A stretch of DNA of 64,000 nucleotides. It comes from Candidatus Tayloriibacteriota bacterium (GTDB lineage Bacteria > Patescibacteriota > Minisyncoccia > Phycocordibacterales > PALSA-1337). The position numbers were made by a program, and so were the translations under genes. Of this stretch, positions 46,257 to 58,845 are shown piece by piece. Under the pieces are notes generated by a model. It had not been told where the DNA came from and did no database searches. It worked only from the letters and a program-made list of their open reading frames with translations. Each line of letters begins with the position of its first letter. The first letter of the stretch is position 1. The stretch is taken from assembly GCA_031384385.1 (NCBI GenBank), contig JANNAN010000017.1, positions 3,020-67,019 on the forward strand, given 5' to 3'.

Positions 46257-46348
46257 GAATAAAATTATATCATAAAGATAAAATTTAGTTTTATATAAAA
46301 AAATTTGACATACTAATAATTTTAGTATATTATGTAGTTCAATAAAAT

Positions 46349-47593
46349 ATGTATAAAAATAAAGGAAATTACGGCTCAAAACCATCATTTAATTCATCAA
46401 GTCCCTCTTCTGGAAGGTCTCGTTTTTCTTCCGGAAGACCACCACACCGTAGTGGGGGAAATAGAACAAAAAATAGAGGTCCACAGGGAGAAAATATTTC
46501 ACATGCTCGTTTTATAAATAAAGCCACCATTACTGAAGAGGTAGAACATTTTGTTCCAGAGCATAAATTTGCTGATTTTGTAATTGAAGAAAATTTAAAA
46601 GCTGGAATTATTAAAAAAGGTTATACATTACCAACACCAATCCAAGACAGATCAATTCCACATATATTAAAGGGTCAAGATATTGTTGGTATTGCCAATA
46701 CAGGAACAGGAAAGACAGCAGCATTTCTTATTCCTCTTATTGATAAGGTGCTAAAAAATAGAAAAAATAAAATATTGATAGTTGTTCCAACTCGTGAACT
46801 TGCTATTCAAATTCAGAATGAACTTATTGGTTTTACTCCCGGCATGAAAATATTCTCAGTTTGTTGTGTGGGAGGTGCTTATATAGGTAAACAACTTTCT
46901 GAACTTCGTTATAATAATGAATTTATAATTGGAACTCCCGGTCGTCTAAAAGATCTTATCGAAAGAAAGGCTATTCGTCTTAATGAATTTTCTACAATTG
47001 TTCTTGATGAAGCTGATAGAATGCTGGATATGGGTTTTGTGAATGATATGAGATTTTTGATGGCTGGTATGCCAAAGCCTCGTCATACATTATTCTTCTC
47101 TGCGACTATCTCTTCAGAAATTGAAAGAATGATCGGTGAATTTTTACACGAACCAGTTAGAATTTCTGTAAAAACTCGTGATACATCAAAAAATGTCGAA
47201 CAAGATATTGTTAGGGTTTCTAGAGGTCTAAACAAAATAGATGTTTTGGGTGAATTACTTGCAAAAGAAGATTTTAATAAAGTTATTATTTTTGGACGCA
47301 CTAAGCATGGAGTAGAAAAACTGTCAAAAGCACTTATTGCTAAAGGATTTAAGGCTGAATCAATTCATGGTGATAAAAATCATAGTCAAAGACAAAGAGC
47401 ATTGAAAGGATTTAAAGAAAATGTTGTTCAAATTCTTGTGGCGACTGATGTTGCGGCTAGAGGTCTTGATATTCCTGATGTAAGTCATGTTATTAACTTT
47501 GATATTCCAGCTACCTATGATGATTATGTTCACAGAATTGGACGAACTGGAAGAGCAAATAAAAAAGGAAAGGCTTTAACTTTTGTAGAGTAA
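46349..47593 (+). CDS. DEAD-box ATP-dependent RNA helicase with an N-terminal RG/S-rich low-complexity region
   Basis: Q motif region PTPIQ. Motifs TGTGKT, VLDEADRMLDMGF, SAT and HRIGRTGRA. Confidence 0.85.
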   Translation: MYKNKGNYGSKPSFNSSSPSSGRSRFSSGRPPHRSGGNRTKNRGPQGENISHARFINKATITEEVEHFVPEHKFADFVIEENLKAGIIKKGYTLPTPIQDRSIPHILKGQDIVGIANTGTGKTAAFLIPLIDKVLKNRKNKILIVVPTRELAIQIQNELIGFTPGMKIFSVCCVGGAYIGKQLSELRYNNEFIIGTPGRLKDLIERKAIRLNEFSTIVLDEADRMLDMGFVNDMRFLMAGMPKPRHTLFFSATISSEIERMIGEFLHEPVRISVKTRDTSKNVEQDIVRVSRGLNKIDVLGELLAKEDFNKVIIFGRTKHGVEKLSKALIAKGFKAESIHGDKNHSQRQRALKGFKENVVQILVATDVAARGLDIPDVSHVINFDIPATYDDYVHRIGRTGRANKKGKALTFVE

Positions 47594-47619
47594 AATATCT
47601 TATGTGCTATAATCATTCT

Positions 47620-48060
47620 ATGAAGAAAATTCTGATTATTTCATTGTCTATTTTTGTTATTGTTTTAATTATCCTTTTTTCTTTTAAATTTTATAAATCA
47701 TCAAATATTTTTAAAATAATAAAACCAAGTGATAAGTCTGATTTCATAATTATTTCCTCACCCGTAAAAGATTCTCAAATTTCTTCACCATTGAGTATAA
47801 CCGGACGAGCTAGAGGAGGATGGTTTTTTGAAGGTAGTTTTCCAATTACTTTGCTTGATAGTTATAAAAATGTTATTGCCGAAGGTCATGTTACTGCACA
47901 AGGAGAATGGATGACAGAAGATTTTGTTAAATTTATAGGGAATATTCAATTTAATAATTATATAAAAGGCGCAAAGGGCTTCCTTGTTTTAAAGAAAGAC
48001 AATCCATTTGGTCTATCAGAAAACGATGCTTCTATAGAAATACCAATCACATTTAAATAA
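47620..48060 (+). CDS. Gmad2 immunoglobulin-like domain protein (membrane anchored)
   Basis: SPLSITGRARGGWFFEGSFPITLLD matches the Gmad2 Ig-like motif (SPL.I.G.ARG.WFFE.SFPV.L.D). Confidence 0.55.
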   Translation: MKKILIISLSIFVIVLIILFSFKFYKSSNIFKIIKPSDKSDFIIISSPVKDSQISSPLSITGRARGGWFFEGSFPITLLDSYKNVIAEGHVTAQGEWMTEDFVKFIGNIQFNNYIKGAKGFLVLKKDNPFGLSENDASIEIPITFK

Positions 48061-48065
48061 TTTTT

Positions 48066-49070
48066 ATGACAGATATTGTTAGAAAACTTGCACCAGAAAT
48101 TTTGGCAGAAATTAAGAAATCAAAAAATATTCTTTTACATTGCCATCCATCGCCAGATCCAGACAGTGTAGGTTCTGCATTGGCAATGAAATTAGCACTT
48201 GAACAATTGGGTAAAAAGACAACTTTAATAAAAGGAGATAGTAATATTCCTAAAGCATTTCAATTTCCATCTATTGAAACTATTTTAAATAAATCATACG
48301 CAGAAATTGATATAAAAGAATTCGATTTGTTTATCATTTTAGATAGTGGTTCTATAGAAATGATTTCTGCTAAAAATGAAATTATTTTCCCAGAAAGATT
48401 GATGACAATTGTAATTGATCATCATGCATCAAATAAGGGATATGGTGAATTAAATTTAGTCGACTCTACATATCCAGCCACAGCCCAACTCCTCTTTGAT
48501 TTATTTAAAGAAATTGGAATTAAATTAAATCATGATATTGCCCTGAATCTTTTTATGGGTATTTATAGTGATACTGGAGGATTTAGATTTGGTAATACAA
48601 TTTTAGAAACCTTCGAAATAGTTGTAGAACTTGTTAAATTAGCACCAGATTATACAAAGACAATTTCTATTATGGAGAATAGTAAGAGAAAAGAAGGCTT
48701 AATTTTTGAAGGAATAGCTCTTTCTTCAATGCAAACATTTTTTGATGGAAAATTTGCAATATCTTTTGTAAAATATGAAGATTTAAAAAAGAATAATATT
48801 CAAGAAGAAGATATTTCTACGGGTTATATTTCAAGTAAAATAAAATCAATTATCGGTATAAATTTATCAGCAACTTTAATTGAGTCAGCGCCTAATAAGA
48901 TTAAAATAAGTTTTCGAACTCGTGATTCTGAAAAATATGATGTATCAAAATTAGCAGTAGCACTTGGAGGAGGTGGTCATGTAGGTGCTGCTGGAGCTAA
49001 ACTTAATATGACCATGGAAGAGGCAATTGATAAAGTAGTAAAAAAAGTTAAAGAAATATATAATTTATAA
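48066..49070 (+). CDS. nrnA: DHH-family phosphoesterase (NrnA-like oligoribonuclease / pAp phosphatase)
   Basis: [13 protein letters not shown] and VIDHHASN (DHH). GGGGH in the DHHA1 C-terminus. Confidence 0.75.
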   Translation: MTDIVRKLAPEILAEIKKSKNILLHCHPSPDPDSVGSALAMKLALEQLGKKTTLIKGDSNIPKAFQFPSIETILNKSYAEIDIKEFDLFIILDSGSIEMISAKNEIIFPERLMTIVIDHHASNKGYGELNLVDSTYPATAQLLFDLFKEIGIKLNHDIALNLFMGIYSDTGGFRFGNTILETFEIVVELVKLAPDYTKTISIMENSKRKEGLIFEGIALSSMQTFFDGKFAISFVKYEDLKKNNIQEEDISTGYISSKIKSIIGINLSATLIESAPNKIKISFRTRDSEKYDVSKLAVALGGGGHVGAAGAKLNMTMEEAIDKVVKKVKEIYNL

Positions 49071-49072
49071 AT

Positions 49073-49687
49073 ATGAATAAAAATACATATATCATTGCAA
49101 GTGTGGCGATTTTAATTTTACTAGGTATTTATTTCATTTTTCCAGAAAAAAAGATGAATCAAAAATTATCAAATTTATCAACCTCAACTTCATTAACATC
49201 AATAAAATCTATGCATACAGTAACAATTGAAACAAATAAGGGTACTATAGTTTTTGAAACATATGATCAGGACGCACCAAAAACAGTAGAAAATTTTATT
49301 AAATTAGCCAATAATGGTTTTTATAATGGAATAATTTTTCATAGAGTAATTAATAGTTTTATGATACAGGGAGGTGATCCTACAGGAACTGGTAGAGGTG
49401 GACCTGGCTATACTTTTGATGATGAATTAAATTTGGAAACAGAATCATACAAAATAGGTTATAAGCGTGGAGTTGTGGCAATGGCTAATGCAGGTCCAAA
49501 TACGAATGGTAGTCAATTCTTTATTATGCACAAAGATACTCCATTACCACACAATTATACTATTTTTGGTCGGGTGATTTCTGGAATTGAAGTTGTGGAT
49601 TCTATAGAAAGCGTAAAGACTGATGCCTCTGATCGACCTATTGAGAAAATTATAATGAATAAAGTTACTATTGCAGATAAGAAATAG
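49073..49687 (+). CDS. ppiB: Cyclophilin-type peptidyl-prolyl cis-trans isomerase with an N-terminal membrane anchor
   Basis: [30 protein letters not shown] and [23 protein letters not shown]. Confidence 0.85.
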   Translation: MNKNTYIIASVAILILLGIYFIFPEKKMNQKLSNLSTSTSLTSIKSMHTVTIETNKGTIVFETYDQDAPKTVENFIKLANNGFYNGIIFHRVINSFMIQGGDPTGTGRGGPGYTFDDELNLETESYKIGYKRGVVAMANAGPNTNGSQFFIMHKDTPLPHNYTIFGRVISGIEVVDSIESVKTDASDRPIEKIIMNKVTIADKK

Positions 49688-49705
49688 AAGAGTATAATTA
49701 TTATT

Positions 49706-50020
49706 ATGAATAATAATTTACAGTTTATTTTAGTTTTGATATCTCTTATTATTGGCACATCTTCAGCTTTCTACTTCTATTTATCTACAGAGATTTTTAT
49801 TAATTTATTACAAAAGCCACTAAAACTAATCTCTTCTGGAATGATTATTATATCTTTCGGAGTTTTAATGGCTGTATTTATTTCATTCTATCAAAATCAG
49901 GGATATTCAATTTCATTTATGAGTATTCCTATTTCAGCATTCTTTTTCTTGATGTATATTGTAGGCTCTTTAATGATTTTAGCTGGCTCTAGACAATTTT
50001 CTAAAAAACCAATTAGATAA
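49706..50020 (+). CDS. Small membrane protein (three TM helices)
   Basis: Hydrophobic profile only. Confidence 0.35.
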   Translation: MNNNLQFILVLISLIIGTSSAFYFYLSTEIFINLLQKPLKLISSGMIIISFGVLMAVFISFYQNQGYSISFMSIPISAFFFLMYIVGSLMILAGSRQFSKKPIR

Positions 50021-50032
50021 TTTTTCTTTAAA

Positions 50033-50881
50033 ATGCCAAAAGATCCATACAGTGCTATTTGGGTTTCTCATTCATCTATCGGTGATTTTTTGAAATGTCC
50101 CCGTGCTTATTATTTGCATAATGTTTATAAAGATCCAAATACTAAAAGAAAAATAAATATTGTAAATCCAGCACTTGCTTTGGGTATTGCTGTACATGAA
50201 GTTGTTGAGGGATTAGCCAATTTTAAAACAGAAGAGAGATTCGTTCATTCACTTTTAAATGATTTGAATAAGACTTGGAAAAAGGTAAGTGGTAAATGGG
50301 GAGGTTTTAATTCTATGGAAGAGGAATTAGAAGTTAAGACTAGAGCGGAAGCTATGATAAAAAGGGTTGAGAAAAATCCTGGATTATTAGCTATGAAAGC
50401 TGTAAAAATTAAAGAAAATGAAAGTGGAATGCCGCCACATTTTTATTTGTCAGAAGAAGAAAATATTATCCTTTGTGGAAAAATAGACTGGTTAGTCTGG
50501 AGACCAGAAGACGATAGTGTACATATTTTAGATTTTAAAACTGGTAAAAATGAGGAAAATAAAGATTCTCTTCAATTACCAATTTATCAATTACTTCTTA
50601 AAAATCTACAAAACAGAAAAGTTACGGGCGCTAGCTATTGGTATTTAGATAAAGATGATGCTCCAATAGAGGTTGATTTGCCAAATTTAGATGAATCATA
50701 CAGAAGGGTATTTGATATTGCTAAACAAATTAAAGATGCGCGTCAAAAAAAGGAATTCAAATGTCCAGAAGGTGAAGATGGATGTTTCTATTGCAGACCT
50801 TTTGAAAAAATTCTTAACGGAGAAGCGGAATATATTGGAAAAGGAGAGATGAATCAGGATCTTTATATGATAAGTAAATAG
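50033..50881 (+). CDS. Standalone PD-(D/E)XK nuclease with a Cas4-like four-Cys iron-sulfur cluster arrangement
   Basis: N-terminus SHSSIGDFLKCPRAYYL (first Cys). Central DFKTGK. C-terminus CPEGEDGCFYC (C-x6-C-x2-C). Confidence 0.6.
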   Translation: MPKDPYSAIWVSHSSIGDFLKCPRAYYLHNVYKDPNTKRKINIVNPALALGIAVHEVVEGLANFKTEERFVHSLLNDLNKTWKKVSGKWGGFNSMEEELEVKTRAEAMIKRVEKNPGLLAMKAVKIKENESGMPPHFYLSEEENIILCGKIDWLVWRPEDDSVHILDFKTGKNEENKDSLQLPIYQLLLKNLQNRKVTGASYWYLDKDDAPIEVDLPNLDESYRRVFDIAKQIKDARQKKEFKCPEGEDGCFYCRPFEKILNGEAEYIGKGEMNQDLYMISK

Positions 50882-50900
50882 ACTTTGTATCTCTGTATAA

Positions 50901-52235
<1,335 letters not shown>

Positions 52236-52244
52236 CTATGACAT

Positions 52245-53012
52245 ATGGACAAAAAAGACACATCATGGGGAAAGGTAGCTGATTGGTACGATGAAATGCT
52301 TGAGAATAAAGACGGAACTTATCAAAAAGAAGTTATTTTGCCAAATCTTAAGCGTCTAATTAATCCTCAGAAAGGAGAATTGATACTTGATATCGCTTGT
52401 GGTCAAGGTTTTTTTTCTCGTGCTTTAGATGAAATTGGTGCAAAAGTTACCGGAGTAGATATTGCCAAAGAACTTATTGGACTTGCCAAGTTACATTCTC
52501 CCAAAACTATTCAATTTGAAGTTGCACCAGCAGATTCATTGATTTTTTCTAAAAATAATTCCTTCGACAAGGCTTTAATAGTTCTTGCATTACAAAATAT
52601 TGAAAATTTACATGGAACTATTCACGAAGCGTATAGATCTTTAAAATCTGGTGGTAGCTTTTTTATTGTATTGAATCATCCGGCATTTCGTATTCCCAAA
52701 AACTCTAGTTGGCAGTGGGATAATGAAAATCAGACACAATATCGTCGTATAGATTCTTATATGTCAGATATGAGAAATAGAATTGAAATGAATCCAGGAG
52801 CAATAAATATTCAGGATAAGAAATTTACAGTTTCATTTCATAGACCATTACAAGTATATTTTAAAGCTCTAGCAAAAGCGGGTTTTGTTGTTAGTCGCCT
52901 AGAAGAATGGGTTTCTCATAAAGAAAGTAAGGCAGGTCCAAGATCAAAAGAAGAGGATAGAATACGCAAAGAAATACCTATGTTCTTAATGCTTGAAGGA
53001 AAGAAAATATAA
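52245..53012 (+). CDS. Class I SAM-dependent methyltransferase
   Basis: Motif I LDIACGQGFFS and a post-I acidic residue. Size 255 aa. Confidence 0.6.
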   Translation: MDKKDTSWGKVADWYDEMLENKDGTYQKEVILPNLKRLINPQKGELILDIACGQGFFSRALDEIGAKVTGVDIAKELIGLAKLHSPKTIQFEVAPADSLIFSKNNSFDKALIVLALQNIENLHGTIHEAYRSLKSGGSFFIVLNHPAFRIPKNSSWQWDNENQTQYRRIDSYMSDMRNRIEMNPGAINIQDKKFTVSFHRPLQVYFKALAKAGFVVSRLEEWVSHKESKAGPRSKEEDRIRKEIPMFLMLEGKKI

Positions 53013-53014
53013 TA

Positions 53015-54187
53015 TTAATTTGTGTCGTGAAGAGTTGCTATTGGGTAAAGTGTTATTAGCAAGATTGCTCCTATTATTAGAAATAAATAAGGAATATCTA
53101 CATATACAAGAGCAACTGTGGTTATCAATGGTGCAATAAAGAATGATAGCGGACGAGTTGTTCTGAATAAACTTAATATTTCTGGATCTTCATCTGATAT
53201 CTTTTTAAAGAAATAAGTTTCTATCATTATTTCTGCTGCGGCTGCTCCAATACGAGTTAGGAATAATAATGCTGACCACAATAGTACACTTTTAAATGTA
53301 AATAACATTAGAGAAGCGGTAGTTATACCGAGAATTATAAAGGCAATAGCCATTATTTCTTTCTCACCCCACTTTTTATCTGCCAACTTTCCAAGTGGAA
53401 TTTCTACAAGAATAAAAGGAACTAACATTATTGTAAAAATAATACTAATTTCAGTCCAATTAAAACCTATATTATTGTATAAATATATTGGCATATAAAC
53501 AGTCATCCATGCATAAAAAGTCTGAAGAACAATGTTTATTATAAAAATTCTAGTAGTACATTTACTTCTAAGAATTCGCATAGTCGTCTGTCTGGTGGAG
53601 ATTTTAGTGTATGTAGAATCTTCAAAATTTTTGAAATTTTTGTATACAAGATAAAGTAATGGAAAAAGTAAAACAAAAGCAATAACGAAAACATTTTTAT
53701 AATTATTTCCAGCTATAAGCATTCCTCCAAGTAGTGGTGAGAATACCCATGCCATATTTATAATTGTCATATAATGTCCTCGAATACTTCCTGTATTTTT
53801 TGAAGAACTACTTTTTTGTAAGAAAATATCAAGAGTAAGAGATATAAAACTAACAATACACATTTCAATTATGAAAAGAGCTGTAACAATATCAGGATTT
53901 GTTTGTGTGATTAGACCATAAAATGTAATTATTTGAATTAGAATTAATAAAATAGCTAATTTAAAATTTCCTATTTTTTTTAGAATACTATGTATCGATA
54001 GGAAGCCTATTATAGTTAAAGCTGAAATGATAAGATAAATAAAACTTACCATCTTTTCGTCTAAAAAAGTCCTAAGAAAACTAGAATTAAAGTAGTTTGG
54101 TATTGCTGAATGTAAGGCATAAAAAAAACCAATAACACCAAGTGAATAAAGTGCTACTGGTTTTTCTACACTGTGATGATGTTTCAT
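53015..54187 (-). CDS. MFS-type transporter-like membrane protein
   Basis: About 12 predicted TM helices. Confidence 0.45.
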   Translation of the reverse strand: MKHHHSVEKPVALYSLGVIGFFYALHSAIPNYFNSSFLRTFLDEKMVSFIYLIISALTIIGFLSIHSILKKIGNFKLAILLILIQIITFYGLITQTNPDIVTALFIIEMCIVSFISLTLDIFLQKSSSSKNTGSIRGHYMTIINMAWVFSPLLGGMLIAGNNYKNVFVIAFVLLFPLLYLVYKNFKNFEDSTYTKISTRQTTMRILRSKCTTRIFIINIVLQTFYAWMTVYMPIYLYNNIGFNWTEISIIFTIMLVPFILVEIPLGKLADKKWGEKEIMAIAFIILGITTASLMLFTFKSVLLWSALLFLTRIGAAAAEIMIETYFFKKISDEDPEILSLFRTTRPLSFFIAPLITTVALVYVDIPYLFLIIGAILLITLYPIATLHDTN

Positions 54188-54211
54188 TACAGTATTATAA
54201 CATTAGAATAT

Positions 54212-56086
54212 TTAGATCGTTAATAGTACGGGGATAACTATGGGTCTTTTGGCTGTCTTTTGCATTAGAAATTTGCTTACATTATCAGATATATTGGCTT
54301 TAACATAATCAATATTTATTGGATTCTGACCTTTTGTCGATTCTTCAACTGTATTTTTGATTATGATACGAGCTTGATGTAGAAGTTCTTGTGATTCACG
54401 CAAATATACAAATCCTCTTGAAATAATGTCTGGAGATTTCTTTAATTTTCCTGTTTGAGCGTTTACTATTGCAAAGACAATGAATATTCCATCTTGTGCA
54501 AGCATTTGTCTGTCACGAATAACAACATCTTGAATATCTCCGACAGAGAATCCATCAACCATAACTATTCCTGATGGTGCTTTTTCTTTTAATTTAATTA
54601 TTTTCTCACCATTATTTTGAATTTCTATAATTGAACCATTATCTGGAATAATTATCTGATCATCGGTAAGACCATTTGTATCTCGTGCAATCTCACCGTG
54701 AACACGCAACATATAATGATATCCGTGAACTGGCATAAAGAATTTCGGATTGATTTTTTTATGAATCCAAGCAGTTTCATCTCTGTTGGCATGACCAGAT
54801 GAATGAACATCAGCAATACGGTAGTGAATAATATTTGCCCCTTGTCTTGAAAGATTGTCTTTTAATTTTTGAACAGCTCTTTCATTTCCTGGAACAATCG
54901 ATGATGAAAGTAGAATAGTGTCTCTTTTATTTATTTTGATGTATTTATGTGTCTTATTTGAAATTCTCATCATGGCTGCGAATTCATCTCCTTGAGCACC
55001 TGTTGCAAGGACAACAATTCTTTCTGGTGGAAAATCATTTATTTCTTCAACTGTTATGAGCGTGTCTTTCTTTGGTTTAAGAAGTCCAAGATGACGACAA
55101 ATTTCTATATTTGTTTTCATACTTCTTCCTTCAACTACAACTTTCTTACCATATTTTTCAGAGTAGTCTATTATTTTAAGCATTCTTTCTAAAAGAGAAG
55201 CGAATGTAGCAATGATAAGTCTTCCTTTTGCATTTTTTATGATTTCCTCGATATTTCTATGAACTGTTTTTTCTGGAATTGAAAATCCAGGATTCTCCAC
55301 ATTTGTAGAATCAGCCATAAGTAAAAGAACTTTCTCTTTTCCAAAAGCACGATCAAATTCTGATACTTCTTCATCAGTAGGGATTCCATTATCGTGATCA
55401 AGTTTTAAGTCACCCGTATGCACTATTGATCCATGAGGTGTTTGCACAATGATACCCATTGCATCTGGAATTGTATGAGTTACAGCAAAAAATTTAATTT
55501 TTAATGAACCAAGAGTAATTGTCTCATCTTTTTCAACAATTTTGATATCTAATGCTGGAAATTGTGGGAATTCTTCCTGACGCTTTTTTATCATCACAGA
55601 TGTAAGCATTCTTGTATAAAGTGGTGGATTACCAATACGGGGCATGACATAAGGAATACCTCCAATATGGTCTAAGTGACCATGAGTAATAATTACAGCC
55701 CGTACCCTGTCCTTTCTTTCCTCTAAATATTTCGTATTAGGAAGAATGTAATCAATTCCTGGTGTATTTTCATCTTTAAATTGAAAACCAATATCAATAA
55801 CAATAATGTCATTGCCGTATTCAATCATTGTCATATTTTTACCAATTTCCTCTACTCCTCCTAATGGAATTATTCTAATTGCATCAGGTGAAAGTACAGG
55901 TATAGTATCTTCAATTTTTTTATGTACCTGTGTGGCTTCTGGTGGTCTTGCTGGTCTCATTCCATGAGAACGCATCGCATGTCTTGGTTTAGGACTATGT
56001 GTATGTGGTCTACTGGCAACGATTCCTGAAGGTGTTTTATTTACTGAAACTTCTACTTCTTTCTCTGTTTGTTTTACTTCATTCAT
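54212..56086 (-). CDS. rnj: Ribonuclease J (metallo-beta-lactamase / beta-CASP) with an N-terminal basic extension
   Basis: HxHxDH motif ITHGHLDHIGG and beta-CASP motifs. Size 624 aa. Confidence 0.85.
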   Translation of the reverse strand: MNEVKQTEKEVEVSVNKTPSGIVASRPHTHSPKPRHAMRSHGMRPARPPEATQVHKKIEDTIPVLSPDAIRIIPLGGVEEIGKNMTMIEYGNDIIVIDIGFQFKDENTPGIDYILPNTKYLEERKDRVRAVIITHGHLDHIGGIPYVMPRIGNPPLYTRMLTSVMIKKRQEEFPQFPALDIKIVEKDETITLGSLKIKFFAVTHTIPDAMGIIVQTPHGSIVHTGDLKLDHDNGIPTDEEVSEFDRAFGKEKVLLLMADSTNVENPGFSIPEKTVHRNIEEIIKNAKGRLIIATFASLLERMLKIIDYSEKYGKKVVVEGRSMKTNIEICRHLGLLKPKKDTLITVEEINDFPPERIVVLATGAQGDEFAAMMRISNKTHKYIKINKRDTILLSSSIVPGNERAVQKLKDNLSRQGANIIHYRIADVHSSGHANRDETAWIHKKINPKFFMPVHGYHYMLRVHGEIARDTNGLTDDQIIIPDNGSIIEIQNNGEKIIKLKEKAPSGIVMVDGFSVGDIQDVVIRDRQMLAQDGIFIVFAIVNAQTGKLKKSPDIISRGFVYLRESQELLHQARIIIKNTVEESTKGQNPINIDYVKANISDNVSKFLMQKTAKRPIVIPVLLTI

Positions 56087-56104
56087 ATTAATTAATTATT
56101 ATTT

Positions 56105-57850
56105 TTATTTTACAAATATTTTCCAAACATTATCTGTTGCTATATAAGATTTATTCATGCTGTACCATCTGTCTGAAGGATTGGTAATTGGTCCAAAATT
56201 CATACCTAGTAATTTATTTGGAACAATATATATATATTCTGGCGAATAAAGGAATATGGCTGGTACTTCTTCTTTTATTATCTTTTCAAAAGATAAATAT
56301 TTGCTCTCTTTTATTTTTTCATCTGAAGTTGATCTCGCTTCCTCTAAAAGTTTATCTGCTTTGCTATTTACATACATTGATATATTCAATCCCGGATAAT
56401 TTCTTTGTGATGAATGCCAGAATGCATATAAGTCTAAATCTTTTCCTATAAATTCACCGAAGAGCAGAGAATCATATTTTCTAGTTTTTATAATATTTTG
56501 TGAAAGATCACCATATTCAAATATTTTTATTGAAATTTGAGCACCTATACTTTCCCATTCTGACTTTACAATTTCTGCTGCTTGTTTTAAATCTGGTATA
56601 TCTGCGGTTGAAATTGAGAATGAAAGAATTTGACTTGATTTTTTATCTTTTTTCTCTAGAATACCATCTTTATTAATTAACCAACCCGCTTTTGCTAATA
56701 TCATTTTTGCAGATTCTTTATTTGATACCGACTCATTTTTTATTTTTTTATTAGAGATACTTACTGGAATTGGACTATCTATACTTAATCCATATCCATA
56801 AAGTATTTGATTTACTAATTTATCTTTATCAATTGCTAAATTTAAAGCTGTTCGTACTTCTTTATTGGCTAAAACTGGTGCATTATTTTGATTTAAGAAA
56901 ATACCAAATATTCTTGGAATTGGAGTATTTAAGACATTGATTTCATTGTTTGATATAGAAGAAATTTTCGATGTTTCTAGTGCAGAAATTCCAGCAATAC
57001 TTTCTATTGTACCTGAATTGTATGCTTCAATGGCCATTGATTCACTTTGATAAAAATTTAGAACTAAAGATGAAATATAAGCCTCACCATCATAAAATCT
57101 ATTAAATGAAGTCAAATTGTATGTTTGAGGAATACCACCACTATCTCTTTTTATACTGCCTATCTTATAAGGACCAGAACCTATTGGTTCAATATTGTAT
57201 TGACTAAAAATAAATTGATCGGCATCTACATTTTTCCAAATATGTTTTGGTAGTATTCCAATGGTTGTATTTGATAAAAACGGTGAATATGGCTGTTTAA
57301 GAATAAATTGAATTTGATTTGAACTTATTTTTTTTACAGTAACATTTGCCCAATCAGCACGGCGTGGACTTTTCAGAGCGCTGTCTTGGATTTTTTGTAT
57401 TGTAAATTCAATATCGTCTGCTGTAAGGGGAGTTTTATCATGAAAACGAATATCATTTTTTAAAGTGAAGGTATAATTTAATCCATCATCTGAAATTGTA
57501 TATTTTTCTGCAATATCTCCAATAATTTTGCCATTTTCATATTTCATTAGACCAGAATATATAAGCGTCGTAAGATCTTTATCCGCATCTGTAAAAGCTA
57601 GTACTGGATTTATTGAGCGTGGAAGTCCAATTATTCCTTCAATTAAAGAACCTCCATGTGCTGGGACCTCAATTAGGAATGACTTGTTGACTCTAAAGGC
57701 CATAGTTAAAGCACTTATAATTGCTATTATAATTAATATAGCAAATATAACTCTTTCCGTAGCAGAAAAATGTTTAATTAAATTTAGGATTTTTTCCCCA
57801 CCTTTAATTGTTAATTCTCTTTTAAATTTAGATGATTTTGAATCTTTCAC
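56105..57850 (-). CDS. ABC transporter substrate-binding protein, family 5 (oligopeptide/nickel type), membrane anchored
   Basis: N-terminal TM helix then an SBP_bac_5-like domain. Size 581 aa. Confidence 0.65.
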   Translation of the reverse strand: MKDSKSSKFKRELTIKGGEKILNLIKHFSATERVIFAILIIIAIISALTMAFRVNKSFLIEVPAHGGSLIEGIIGLPRSINPVLAFTDADKDLTTLIYSGLMKYENGKIIGDIAEKYTISDDGLNYTFTLKNDIRFHDKTPLTADDIEFTIQKIQDSALKSPRRADWANVTVKKISSNQIQFILKQPYSPFLSNTTIGILPKHIWKNVDADQFIFSQYNIEPIGSGPYKIGSIKRDSGGIPQTYNLTSFNRFYDGEAYISSLVLNFYQSESMAIEAYNSGTIESIAGISALETSKISSISNNEINVLNTPIPRIFGIFLNQNNAPVLANKEVRTALNLAIDKDKLVNQILYGYGLSIDSPIPVSISNKKIKNESVSNKESAKMILAKAGWLINKDGILEKKDKKSSQILSFSISTADIPDLKQAAEIVKSEWESIGAQISIKIFEYGDLSQNIIKTRKYDSLLFGEFIGKDLDLYAFWHSSQRNYPGLNISMYVNSKADKLLEEARSTSDEKIKESKYLSFEKIIKEEVPAIFLYSPEYIYIVPNKLLGMNFGPITNPSDRWYSMNKSYIATDNVWKIFVK

Positions 57851-57883
57851 GATAGTATACGCCCGAAATATTTGATTTGGATA

Positions 57884-58114
57884 TTAGATAAGATTTATAA
57901 GTGCAGAAACAGCAAAAAGTATAGCTACTATTATAGTTATAATGAAGAGAGTCTTTTCAAATCCACGACGCGTATGAAATGCAGAGCTGAAATTGTCACT
58001 ACCACCAAAAGCTCCACCGATCTGAGCACCAGTTCGTTGAAGTAGTATTGCAGTTACAAGGATAACGGCAAGTACAATCTGTATGTACGGAAGTATGGAG
58101 GTAATAATCTTCAT
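57884..58114 (-). CDS. secG: Preprotein translocase subunit SecG
   Basis: MKIITSILPYIQIVLAVILVTAILLQRTGAQIGGAFGG. Two TM helices with a Gly-rich loop. Confidence 0.7.
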   Translation of the reverse strand: MKIITSILPYIQIVLAVILVTAILLQRTGAQIGGAFGGSDNFSSAFHTRRGFEKTLFIITIIVAILFAVSALINLI

Positions 58115-58172
58115 TGCTAGATAGTCTAGCATATTGATATAAGGAGTCAAGATATGCTACAATATTTCTACT

Positions 58173-58835
58173 ATGAAAAAAATTATCGCTTTATTTATTG
58201 TGGTATTAATAATAGGTCTAGTTATTTGGAAATTTAATTCAGGTATTTCAATTCCTGAAAGTGCTTATAAAGAGTCTACTACAACTATTTCCACAAGTCA
58301 GACAGTTAAAGTATCTGATAAATTATCAGAATATAAAAATGATGAACTTGGTTTTTCAGTAAAATATCCAACATCATGGGAGAGTTTAGAATCATCTTCA
58401 AATGTTGCATTCGTTATTTCAACAAATGAAACTACAGAAAAAAATACGATTGGTAAATTAGAAGCCAAGATTGATGTTATCTCTGCTACTTGTACATTTC
58501 CACCAGTTACTACTATAAAGGAAAGAAATACTATAAAAGTTGGAGATTTATCATTCAATATGATTTCAATGTCGAACACTGTTCAAGGACGAAATTATTT
58601 TAATAGAATGTATTCATTACAAAAAGATTCTATTTGTTATTATTTTACATTTAGCTCAATTACATCAAGTCCAACAAATAAAGGATATACAGGTGCTGAT
58701 GCACAAAAAGTTGGAGCTAGAAACTTAAGTCTTGTCGATATGGCGGATTCACAATTTAAAGATATGGTAAAGTCATTCACATTCGTTATTGGTCCAACTG
58801 GAAAAGATGAGACCACTGTCTCTCCTAATAAATAA
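58173..58835 (+). CDS. Hypothetical exported protein (N-terminal anchor)
   Basis: Signal or anchor helix. No recognisable domain. Confidence 0.4.
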   Translation: MKKIIALFIVVLIIGLVIWKFNSGISIPESAYKESTTTISTSQTVKVSDKLSEYKNDELGFSVKYPTSWESLESSSNVAFVISTNETTEKNTIGKLEAKIDVISATCTFPPVTTIKERNTIKVGDLSFNMISMSNTVQGRNYFNRMYSLQKDSICYYFTFSSITSSPTNKGYTGADAQKVGARNLSLVDMADSQFKDMVKSFTFVIGPTGKDETTVSPNK

Positions 58836-58845
58836 TTTAAAAAAT

